Below are positions 27,701-35,143 of a stretch of 64,000 nucleotides of DNA, in pieces. How positions within the stretch are numbered: the first letter of the stretch is position 1; every line of letters begins with the position of its first letter. A program made the translations under genes and the position numbers. The stretch comes from a virus: positions 256,001 through 320,000 of IMG/VR virus record IMGVR_UViG_3300031992_000005; one strand, given 5' to 3'. The notes beneath the pieces are model-generated. The model was not told the DNA's origin, ran no database searches, and saw nothing but the letters and a program-made list of their open reading frames with translations.

Positions 27701-29328
27701 CAGACGAAGCAGATAATACTGGACTAGATGCCAAACTCAAGAAAACCTTTGAGGATGATAATCTTTTCTTTGAAGGTATTCCTTTATCTAATCTTCCTAA
27801 GAATTACTTTAACTCAGCACATGGTATAGGGTCAAGTGCATCTAATCCTAGCACATATCTTAGATGGTTAGCTGAGCGGTCCGTAGGTAGTGCTCTTAGG
27901 CATGATAAGTCTGGAAAGTTATCAAGCACAAAGAGTAGTCTTAGACAAATAGCACTTGATGAGACTCTATCACTCTTAGTTCTAGCTAGAGATAAAATGG
28001 AGAAGTTGACTAAGAGTAATCGAGATAGACTTCCAGGAAACGAAGGACTCTTAGGTGATGTGGGTAAACTTATTAGTCAAGGTGCTACTGCTGCAGTCAC
28101 TTCACTCGCTAAGAAAGCCGTGAAGGGAATGTTTGGTGCTAATAAACTAGACTACACTGTTCCTCAGAATAGACCTACCGATAAGCAAGAGACTTCTAGT
28201 TTCATTGCCATGAATGATAAGGGTAGAGATAACTCATCTGAAGGTATTGAAGGAAAAGAGTATGGTTTTCAAGAAAATTATCTAAATCCAATTAAGAAGG
28301 ATTATACAAAAGTTATTCCAGGCTTTAACTGGTCATTGGACGGTGTAAATCTCTCTAATAAGAAGTGGAATTCAACAACATATAGATTGAGAGTTCCAGA
28401 TAAAATAGAATCGGGCACTCGAGTATATCCTAGAGCCGGCATAATGACTACTTTAAGTGAACTCTGTGGGCAAGAAAATACTAGTGAAGTTGATACAGTA
28501 GATAAATTATTCAATCTACTAAAAAATAGTCCTTATATATCAACTGCAGGTAAGGTAACTTCGTCAGATGAACATCCATTAAAGGTAAGTACATTAGATT
28601 CTAATATGAGATGGGAAATAATATTTACACCTTTTGTTGGATTAGAAAACGGTGAAATATCTTTTTTACCACCAATAGAAGAAATCAATGTTTGGAATTT
28701 GGTTTACCACGGAATAAAAACGGGCTATAACTATTTTGCACCAATCAATTCGTTTGAATTAGGAAAAGCAAAATTAAATTCAAAAACAGTTCCACTATTC
28801 GAAGGAGAAATTAGTTACCCTACATCAATGGAATTCACTAATGAACTTAGACTTACTTTTGTAGACGATCAATTTAAATCGTGGAGAACTTATTTTGAGA
28901 GATGCGTAGATGCTAGTATATACAATAGTACTGTTCATAGAAAAGAAGATTATGACGGCACTTATGACATACAAGGTAAACTAACTGCCATAGATAAAAC
29001 TTATACTTGTATAGCTCCCTATAAAAATATAGCTTTTAGGTGTACTATCTATTCAATGACTCCTCAGTACAGTACAGTATCAAAGTATGATCTTCTCCTA
29101 GTAATGAAAGATTTCGCGGAAGAGAGATCGGGTGATATTGACGCCAGTGGACAAGATCTAACGGTTAATTTTAGTATTGTTGGTGAAAACCCTAGAAACG
29201 AATTAACTAAAGTTACTACACCTAACGCTATCAAATCAAATGTTTATGCACCTCCTAGAAATAATAATAGAGGGGAATATGAATCCATTATTAACGGCGG
29301 AATCGATAACATGGTTAAATTACTTTAA
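24718..29328 (+). CDS. Giant repeat protein with C-terminal T4 gp19/gp48/gp54-like tube-fold domain
   Basis: The likely start is ATG 24718 (MDKEVKRDN), just after the upstream stop; the track start at 24697 overlaps the upstream gene. There are about 23 copies of an 18-aa unit (ELHDDSTITKIEPSPEEV). The C-terminal MRWEIIFTPF ... NELRLTFVDDQFKSWRTYFERCV parallels the 197-aa tube protein (MWEFHFLTAP ... GTLTLGFVDREDQAITYFADDWRQKI). Confidence 0.6.
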   Translation: MDKEVKRDNMIPGSCEEFTRPEEIKALSKYLRKVKKDLEDNTYLIRDNLELYGRADGRTMRHIDELPDKVESLQKGDHPEVSTLPGYKEVLGAKDTIEELPGDKISLDDVSQETSLSDHIETIEVTDKPFLEKRLEILENAIREAELENEKVLLEDNTETKLDNYKSRLQDTEQDIELSSTREDLGNTDKPIDLPKKKEILEDSNSNPDKLGDYVETLHPSVEPPHLEDHREDLIVKDETSLSNISEVLPKDVVLQEHEQFDPNRDTLYDANIARPGGDNDGDSTLEDYIDPLLGKREDPKLHDESTITKIQPKPEEVKLHDDSTITRVKPSPEEVELHDDSTITRIEPSPEEVELHDESTITKIKPRPEEPEIHDDSTITPILGKIPEPELSDKSEQIVGKIPTPRLNDDSTITKIQPGPTYPELHDDSTITKIQPRPEEVELHDESTITKIQPSPEEVELHDESTITKIQPKPEEVGLHDESTVVQIEPSPEEVELHDESTRTSIDDAASGEHAQFNPNGDSLYDANIILPGNIVDPELHDDSTVTKIQPSPEEVELHDESTVTKIEPSPEEVELHDESTIVQIEPGPEEVELHDDSTITRIEPSPEEVELHDDSTVTKIEPSPEEVELHDESTITRIEPSPEEVELHDDSTITKIEPSPEEVELHNESTVTKIEPSPVDPELHDNSTITKIEPSPEGVELHDESTITKIGPNPDPELHDDSTVTKIQPEPEEVELTGSSSISHLDIPKELSTEVQVKFDPNINKHTARTSGIPSENPIGWGETLDDIVEDIVGDIPENSLSEKKVELEDTSPEDSIEKHKELLIDTSPEDSIEKHKELLIDTSPEDKLVSKKIIEENNIEADEEKFVPYLEAKRKKKLEGWVKEKRRQVDLETKVVPGIPAPTNSLADGPVEDLIRDISMLRDKDLNVYYQNILKFANDNVKNLGKWGEKARSIMSSLASSKMTSEDLENFEKRLYGSIILEDYATRKEDRTDEADNTGLDAKLKKTFEDDNLFFEGIPLSNLPKNYFNSAHGIGSSASNPSTYLRWLAERSVGSALRHDKSGKLSSTKSSLRQIALDETLSLLVLARDKMEKLTKSNRDRLPGNEGLLGDVGKLISQGATAAVTSLAKKAVKGMFGANKLDYTVPQNRPTDKQETSSFIAMNDKGRDNSSEGIEGKEYGFQENYLNPIKKDYTKVIPGFNWSLDGVNLSNKKWNSTTYRLRVPDKIESGTRVYPRAGIMTTLSELCGQENTSEVDTVDKLFNLLKNSPYISTAGKVTSSDEHPLKVSTLDSNMRWEIIFTPFVGLENGEISFLPPIEEINVWNLVYHGIKTGYNYFAPINSFELGKAKLNSKTVPLFEGEISYPTSMEFTNELRLTFVDDQFKSWRTYFERCVDASIYNSTVHRKEDYDGTYDIQGKLTAIDKTYTCIAPYKNIAFRCTIYSMTPQYSTVSKYDLLLVMKDFAEERSGDIDASGQDLTVNFSIVGENPRNELTKVTTPNAIKSNVYAPPRNNNRGEYESIINGGIDNMVKLL
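25612..26925 (+). repeat. In-frame 54-nt (18-aa) tandem repeat array, about 23 units in two blocks
   Basis: The unit is (E)LHD[DE]ST[IV]T[KR]I[EQ]PSPEEVE. The array is interrupted at about 26220-26335 by QFNPNGDSLYDANI, which echoes QFDPNRDTLYDANI upstream of the first block. Confidence 0.9.
27151..27267 (+). repeat. In-frame 48-nt tandem repeat, 2.4 copies
   Basis: DTSPEDSIEKHKELLI occurs twice, followed by DTSPEDK. The copies differ at synonymous positions. Confidence 0.85.
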
Positions 29329-29333
29329 TAATT

Positions 29334-31484
29334 ATGTACATTAAATTAGGATCAACAACATTAAATTATCCTTCTATACCGTACGATGATTTTATGGTAT
29401 TTTCCGAAGTTATCGACTCTCAAGTAGGATATGAAAAGCCAGTATTGGTTAGAACAATAGAGCAATTAGATAAATGGTTTGGTAGAGATTTTACTAGTAG
29501 AGATTATTTTGAGGAACTAATCAATAGTGGAGTAACTCTCTTACTAACAAAACCCCTAGGATCCTATTCCAATGATCTCGGAATAGAGTTCTCTGGCGAT
29601 GGTATCACGGTTGTGGATGATATTTATACATACAATAGTCTACCCACTACTACGGATCAGACCAAAGTTTATAAAGTCTATAATCCAAATGGCACTGGTG
29701 AATTTACAGGTACCCTAGGTGATACTGAGATAACTTATGACTTATATCGATGGATAGCAGATAATGAATCTATACCTAATGGCTATTACAAAAAGGATGA
29801 TTTACCTAATATCATTAAAGCAGATTCACAGTCACTGAATAATAGGGATACTCTTAGGTTATTTTCCACAGACAATACTACCGTCTACACGCATTTCGTA
29901 TATAGTGAACGCGAAAATACAGGATCAACAGAAGAGGGTTCATTGAATCTAAGTAACTTGAACTTGGAAAGAATAGAATTAGGTTATCAGACTCTAGTCT
30001 TTGATATAGTAGAGCGTGAAGATCCAGGTAATACTCTTCAAGAAAACTCTTATATAATTTTCCCTAATGAACCTACGTCAGATAAGACTGAAAATACTTT
30101 ATACTATCACGGAAATGTAGATGAGCTAGGGGTTGATAGTAAATATTATGAAGAAGGCGCTGAGATAAGCTTTGATAGCTTAGATGATCTTTTTGGGAAA
30201 TTAGAAGGAGTAGAAAAAGTAGGTAATAAGTTAGTTGCAAACCGACCTATCGATACTACATTCTTTTATGAAGGTCTCGGGATAGATCTTATACCAAATT
30301 ACCTAGAAACTCATCATATTCTTGATAAATATGAGAACTCTAAGGATAGTTCTACAGATGAACCAATCAATAATCGTATTGTAGATTTTTGGTCTAAAAC
30401 TATTGGTACTGCCGGTATTGACGGTAATATAGCTGTGACTATAGAGGAATCTTTAGATGAGGGAAATTATAGAATTATTATTGAGAGATTTGGTCACCTA
30501 GAAATTTTTGAGGGACCTATAAAAGTTACCGCAGGAATAGAAAGACTAGATTATCGAATAAGTAGATTATCTGAACTAGTGTACTGTGATTTCGCTGAAG
30601 GAATAGAAGAATTACCGTTAGGTACATGGACTTTGAAAGGAGCCATTGAAGAAACGTATAATTATGAATCTTATAACAATGGCTTAGATGAGATCTTTGA
30701 GGAAGCTGATAGAACTTTTCCAGATTTTTTCTTAATACCTGATTCTTCTTTATATGTACCGGAAAGAAATACATTAGATGAGAATATAGAGGAACACGAA
30801 AAGTTCTATAAAAAAATACTAGGATATGCCAAAGAGTCTGGATGTCAAGTATTAGTTGAGAATGAAGACACTAAAAATAATTATAAATGTAACTACACGG
30901 GTGATGTGTTTAATAGATTAGTGTACTTTTATAGATCAATGATGCTAGGTGATGTCCCTAGACCAGGCTACTATATATTTATTAGGGGATTATTAAGAGA
31001 CATTTATTCAATGTCTACTGATATAATCTACTATAAAAGCATAAAGGATCTGAGCAAAGATAAAAATTCATATGAAGAAACAGAGGAATTCGAGGATCTG
31101 AAAAAATATAAATGCAATTATTTAATAGACAACGGATTAATGTACTATTATAAAGAGTATCAGAACGGCGATAAGTATGAGACTTCAATATGGATGAGAT
31201 TTGTTCTCGGAAAAATCAAAAGAGAGTTAGAAAAGAATAAGTGGAAATACCTAGGTGAAAAAAATCAGGGAAAAATAAGAGAAAATATTTCTGCAATTCT
31301 CAATAAAGTTTCCTCTAATTTTGGAATAATTAGAGACTTAAGCATACTAGACATTAGATTCCACTTAGAAAGTAATAAGGTTGATGTTGATATTGAAACA
31401 ACAATATCAGACCTTGTAAAAAATCACATGATAGTTAATTTTACTATAAATTATAATAAGCAAGATGGCAAATACAGTATCTGA
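29334..31484 (+). CDS. Tail sheath protein paralogue 2
   Basis: 716 aa, directly upstream of and overlapping the tube gene. It has a sheath-like N-terminus (VLVRTIEQLDKWFGRDFTSRDYFEELINSGVTLLLTK) and C-terminus (SIWMRFVLGKIKRELEKNKWKYLGEKNQGKIRENISAIL ... NKVDVDIETTISDLVKNHMIVNFTINYN). Confidence 0.6.
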   Translation: MYIKLGSTTLNYPSIPYDDFMVFSEVIDSQVGYEKPVLVRTIEQLDKWFGRDFTSRDYFEELINSGVTLLLTKPLGSYSNDLGIEFSGDGITVVDDIYTYNSLPTTTDQTKVYKVYNPNGTGEFTGTLGDTEITYDLYRWIADNESIPNGYYKKDDLPNIIKADSQSLNNRDTLRLFSTDNTTVYTHFVYSERENTGSTEEGSLNLSNLNLERIELGYQTLVFDIVEREDPGNTLQENSYIIFPNEPTSDKTENTLYYHGNVDELGVDSKYYEEGAEISFDSLDDLFGKLEGVEKVGNKLVANRPIDTTFFYEGLGIDLIPNYLETHHILDKYENSKDSSTDEPINNRIVDFWSKTIGTAGIDGNIAVTIEESLDEGNYRIIIERFGHLEIFEGPIKVTAGIERLDYRISRLSELVYCDFAEGIEELPLGTWTLKGAIEETYNYESYNNGLDEIFEEADRTFPDFFLIPDSSLYVPERNTLDENIEEHEKFYKKILGYAKESGCQVLVENEDTKNNYKCNYTGDVFNRLVYFYRSMMLGDVPRPGYYIFIRGLLRDIYSMSTDIIYYKSIKDLSKDKNSYEETEEFEDLKKYKCNYLIDNGLMYYYKEYQNGDKYETSIWMRFVLGKIKRELEKNKWKYLGEKNQGKIRENISAILNKVSSNFGIIRDLSILDIRFHLESNKVDVDIETTISDLVKNHMIVNFTINYNKQDGKYSI

Positions 31485-32058
31485 TCTGGTGAGAGGAAGT
31501 AATGACTTACACCAAAAATTTATTGATTACGAAAAATCCTATAAGGATGGTAATAAAGAATTTCTTCGTGGTGATATGTGGGAATTTCATTTTCTTACCG
31601 CACCGAAGATTGTTTACTATCCAGGAGACGACTTAATTAACAAACGCCTAAATTCAGTGCAGGTAGGTATCGATTATAGCGTAATCGGTTTTGAAAAGAG
31701 AATGAGAAATAACTATGTAATCTATCAACAAGCTGACCAGTCTACGTACGGTACACTCACGCTTGGCTTTGTCGATCGTGAAGACCAGGCAATCACTTAC
31801 TTTGCAGATGACTGGAGACAAAAGATTGCTGACCGTGATACTAAGTATTCTTTCAGAAAGGATGATGTAGTAGCAGACTGTGAACTTTACATTACAAACT
31901 CATCTCGTATTGACGTTCGTTACTTACGTTTCTACAACTGTATCATAACTGATGCAACTACTGATGAAAGTGGTGCAACTGACCCTGGTACAGATCGTGC
32001 TGATATTAATATTAGCATGAAATTCGAACATTACACAAGAGAGTTTAAGAATCTTTAA
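31465..32058 (+). CDS. Tail tube protein (T4 gp19-like)
   Basis: 197 aa. Shows the gp19-family pattern: DMWEFHFLTAP ... GTLTLGFVDREDQAITYFADDWRQKIAD. It sits immediately after a sheath gene. Confidence 0.7.
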   Translation: MANTVSDLVRGSNDLHQKFIDYEKSYKDGNKEFLRGDMWEFHFLTAPKIVYYPGDDLINKRLNSVQVGIDYSVIGFEKRMRNNYVIYQQADQSTYGTLTLGFVDREDQAITYFADDWRQKIADRDTKYSFRKDDVVADCELYITNSSRIDVRYLRFYNCIITDATTDESGATDPGTDRADINISMKFEHYTREFKNL

Positions 32059-32070
32059 TTTACAGGGTTT

Positions 32071-32095
32071 GGGGTTAATGATTACAATTAACCCC
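32071..32095 (+). terminator. Stem-loop after the tube gene
   Basis: GGGGTTAAT / ATTAACCCC, 9 bp with a 7-nt loop. No strong T-run follows it. Confidence 0.4.
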
Positions 32096-32117
32096 TTACC
32101 TCAATAAACTTAGAAAA

Positions 32118-32534
32118 ATGATATTCAAACAAAAAACATATAGCCTTGGTGATAAGATTCACTTTACTAAATTTATTGGCATTTTAACTGGATTTAGCAA
32201 TAAAGCTAAGAACTTACACTGGGCAGCCCCTGCTAAGAATATTCACACTTATCTGGATGACCTATATGGAATTATAAATGATTTTACAGATACTATAGCA
32301 GAGGGGTACATGGGAATCCTAGGTAAAATGGGACCTAAGGATATAGTAGTCGTACCTTGTGAGGTAGGAGACGCTAGAACATTTATAGACGAACTCATAG
32401 ACCAGACAAAAAAGTTTTATGAAGGTATCCCAGATTCAACTGAATTTAAGGGAATAACTAGTGAAACAGAAACCTTCATGCAGAACTGTCAAAAGTATCG
32501 CTACTTGTTCAGCTTGTGCAGTAATGACTTCTAA
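32118..32534 (+). CDS. Leader-tagged Dps/ferritin-like four-helix-bundle protein (tentative)
   Basis: N-terminus MIFKQKTYSLGD. KAKNLHWAAPAKNIHTYLDDLYGIINDFTDTIAEGYMGILGKMGP resembles the Dps pattern HW..G..F..LH..LDE.Y.....D.IAER...LG..P, although the spacing differs. Confidence 0.35.
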   Translation: MIFKQKTYSLGDKIHFTKFIGILTGFSNKAKNLHWAAPAKNIHTYLDDLYGIINDFTDTIAEGYMGILGKMGPKDIVVVPCEVGDARTFIDELIDQTKKFYEGIPDSTEFKGITSETETFMQNCQKYRYLFSLCSNDF

Positions 32535-32540
32535 GATAAA

Positions 32541-33470
32541 ATGATAATACTTAGACAAAAAGAGTTTTCCATTCTTCCCACATTAGATCTAGAGTATCAA
32601 AGGTTTAGAAATAACCAGGCAATAAAAAAAGCCTATAAATCAAGGGATATAGATTGGGATAAAGAAACTTTAAAAAAACTTAAGGATCGAATTAAAAGAA
32701 CTACCCCTATAAAAGAAAGTCCAGATCCTAATGCGCAAACTCAATTTGGAGGACCCTATTACACCAATAAATTTATCTTCGGTAAACTTAAAAGGGAAGA
32801 TGTCATCCCTGGCCGTCAAACTCATTTAGGTGAAATCTTGGTTAATAAAGCTGACAAGGATAACCTAAGTGCAATATCACATGAATACGGGCATGCATTA
32901 GATTATGCATCTACAGGAGGTAAAGATCGGTTCGTTGAAGGTATTTTATCAGGAGATGGGGTTGGTAATAAAAATTTCTTTGAAAGACCTTATAAGCAGC
33001 GCCTAAAATGTGAAAAACTTAATATAAAATCGGAAGGAACTGCTACAAAAAACGGGTTAAAAATTTTAAAGAAAATAGGTGCCAAACCAAAAGATATGGT
33101 TGAAGCTAGAAGAGCAGGAAAAGCTGCATTAGAATCTCATTTTAGAGCTAAGGAATTTGATCTAGCTAATAAGGCTATAGAAGACGGTTTAACTAACAAA
33201 GAGTATTTAAAACAATTACTTACTGATAGAAGACGACTCAGAAGAGATTATAGAAAAGCCGTTAGAGGCATTGAAATTTCCGGTAGAACAGGTGCAGAAA
33301 GACTTTACGATGCTTCTAAAATGTCTAAGGCTAGAAAAATGGGAAGAGCAGTAAAAGCAAATCTTCTAAAGAATGATACCCTCAGACATGCAGTAATAAA
33401 AGCAAATCGAACGGGAGAAAGAGCTAAAAAGAAAATAATAAAAAAAGCATTTAAACAACTAATTAAATAA
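32541..33470 (+). CDS. Leader-tagged protein with HExxH metallopeptidase-like motif and basic C-terminal half
   Basis: N-terminus MIILRQKEFSIL. Contains AISHEYGHALDYASTGG. The C-terminus is K/R-rich and helical. Confidence 0.4.
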   Translation: MIILRQKEFSILPTLDLEYQRFRNNQAIKKAYKSRDIDWDKETLKKLKDRIKRTTPIKESPDPNAQTQFGGPYYTNKFIFGKLKREDVIPGRQTHLGEILVNKADKDNLSAISHEYGHALDYASTGGKDRFVEGILSGDGVGNKNFFERPYKQRLKCEKLNIKSEGTATKNGLKILKKIGAKPKDMVEARRAGKAALESHFRAKEFDLANKAIEDGLTNKEYLKQLLTDRRRLRRDYRKAVRGIEISGRTGAERLYDASKMSKARKMGRAVKANLLKNDTLRHAVIKANRTGERAKKKIIKKAFKQLIK

Positions 33471-33874
33471 TGATAATTAGACAAAAAGAGTTCGGAAAAA
33501 AGACTGCGCGACTAACCAATAGGGATAAAAACTTTATTAAGAGTCTTGCTGAGGAAAAAGACCATAATAAAGTTTATAATAAACAGTCCTATAGAGCACT
33601 CCAGGGTTTTGGCGCTTTAACAGGTGGCGTAGGTGCAGCAGCTTTAATCAAAAAGCTAAGTAAAAGTAAAAAAGCCGGACTAATTGGTGGTGGAATCGCT
33701 AGCATTGGTACAGGTATTGCGCTAAATAAGCCTATTAAAGCTGCTATAGATAGAGCGAATTACAAGGAAGACGTTAAATACGTAAAGCGAAGAGGCGGTT
33801 TTATTTTCAGAGATCGTATCGATCGAGACCGTCTAATAGACAAACGTGAAAAAGAATTAAATCATCAAATATAG
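33470..33874 (+). CDS. Leader-tagged glycine-zipper protein
   Basis: N-terminus MIIRQKEFGKK, with a TAATG overlap to the upstream gene. Contains GFGALTGGVGAAALI and GLIGGGIASIGTGIAL. Confidence 0.6.
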   Translation: MIIRQKEFGKKTARLTNRDKNFIKSLAEEKDHNKVYNKQSYRALQGFGALTGGVGAAALIKKLSKSKKAGLIGGGIASIGTGIALNKPIKAAIDRANYKEDVKYVKRRGGFIFRDRIDRDRLIDKREKELNHQI

Positions 33875-34116
33875 TTAGAGAAGCGAGGAAGGGGCTCACA
33901 AAGTAGGACTTAAAGGGGAAAAGCCGGATCGTTTGTGGTGTCAGTTGCCCGCATCAGTAAGTATCATAAAGTAAAAAATTTAGAAAAAAAATCACATTTT
34001 TAAATGAGATTTCTTTAAATAAAATTAGAACTAATTCTTACTTTAAAAAAAATGTCAAAGGAAAGTACGAATTAGAATTAAACATAACACAAATCCTTTG
34101 ACTCATTTAATGAAAT

Positions 34117-34629
34117 ATGTTGATTAAAAGAAGAGTTTATTTTTCGGCAATAGATGAAGAAACCGGAGAAGAAAGATTATTTAGTACTAACACTATTATG
34201 TCAGAAGAAGACTACCTTAAGACATTTTCTGATACATTAGAACAAAGAGAGTATGGTTTGAAATCTAAGGCACTAGCACTGGTTGCTCCTGGTGCTTATC
34301 AGGCAAAAGAAGCTGCTAAGTATGGATACGACGATGAAAATGAGTATAAGAAGGTAAGAGGCAAGTATGCATTAAAGGGTGCTTTTGCTCCTGGCGTTTC
34401 TACTTATATGAAGAAAGCGGCAGAAAAGATGCACAAAGAGGGTAAGTCTACAGAAGAGATTCGCGAATTTCTAGAAAATAAGGGCAAATACCATAACAAT
34501 GCTCGAGTAGCTGCAGGTATAGGTGAAGCACTTACTGGTAGTATGGGTGGAATTGGTCATGCTGCTGCTACGGCTGTAGGTGCATACGATGCACTGGAGA
34601 AGAGTAGAAAGAAATTCAATAAAGATTAA
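34117..34629 (+). CDS. Protein with long-variant leader (paralogous N-terminus to 5539)
   Basis: N-terminus MLIKRRVYFSAIDEETGEERLFSTNTIMSEEDY, versus MLIKRNVYFSAIDEDGEERLYSTTEVMDEQDY at 5539. The C-termini differ. Confidence 0.6.
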   Translation: MLIKRRVYFSAIDEETGEERLFSTNTIMSEEDYLKTFSDTLEQREYGLKSKALALVAPGAYQAKEAAKYGYDDENEYKKVRGKYALKGAFAPGVSTYMKKAAEKMHKEGKSTEEIREFLENKGKYHNNARVAAGIGEALTGSMGGIGHAAATAVGAYDALEKSRKKFNKD

Positions 34630-34704
34630 AATTGAATTAACCTAAGAATTACCCTTCTAGCTGAGTAATATATAGAATAACAGATCAATATTTAGTTTCA
34701 TTGG

Positions 34705-34741
34705 GGGAATTAGGGTACATGTAAGTTATATCCTAATTCCC
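34705..34741 (+). other. Intergenic 10-bp stem-loop
   Basis: GGGAATTAGG (34705-34714) pairs with CCTAATTCCC (34732-34741), followed by TTTCACG. Confidence 0.4.
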
Positions 34742-34756
34742 TTTCACGAACAAAAA

Positions 34757-35143
34757 ATGGTAATATTAAGAAATAAATTTATTCATCTTCCTTGGACAAA
34801 AAATAATATTAATCTCTTTAAAAGAAAGGACAATCTTCTTTGTCATGCGAGAATAGGGAAGGACATTGATGGGGTTATTCTTACAAAGAATAATTTACTT
34901 GTTGGATATATTGCCTGGTCAAAAGAGTATATTATAGCTCTAGAAGTAATGCCTGAGTGGAGAAAACAAGGAATTGCAACATACTTAATTTCCTTATCTC
35001 CTGTTCAGAGACTTACCGTAAATAAAAATAACAATGAGGCTATAAAACTTTACCTAGATCTTGGATTCAGAGTAATTAAAGAAGATAATAGAATTCTCTA
35101 TATGGAAAACATTAACGCAGATAAAAAATGCGGAAAAAATTAA
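34757..35143 (+). CDS. Leader-tagged GNAT-family N-acetyltransferase
   Basis: N-terminus MVILRNKFIHLP. GNAT motif A in LEVMPEWRKQGIATYLI (R-x-x-G-x-A) and motif B-like NNEAIKLYLDLGFRV. Confidence 0.65.
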   Translation: MVILRNKFIHLPWTKNNINLFKRKDNLLCHARIGKDIDGVILTKNNLLVGYIAWSKEYIIALEVMPEWRKQGIATYLISLSPVQRLTVNKNNNEAIKLYLDLGFRVIKEDNRILYMENINADKKCGKN

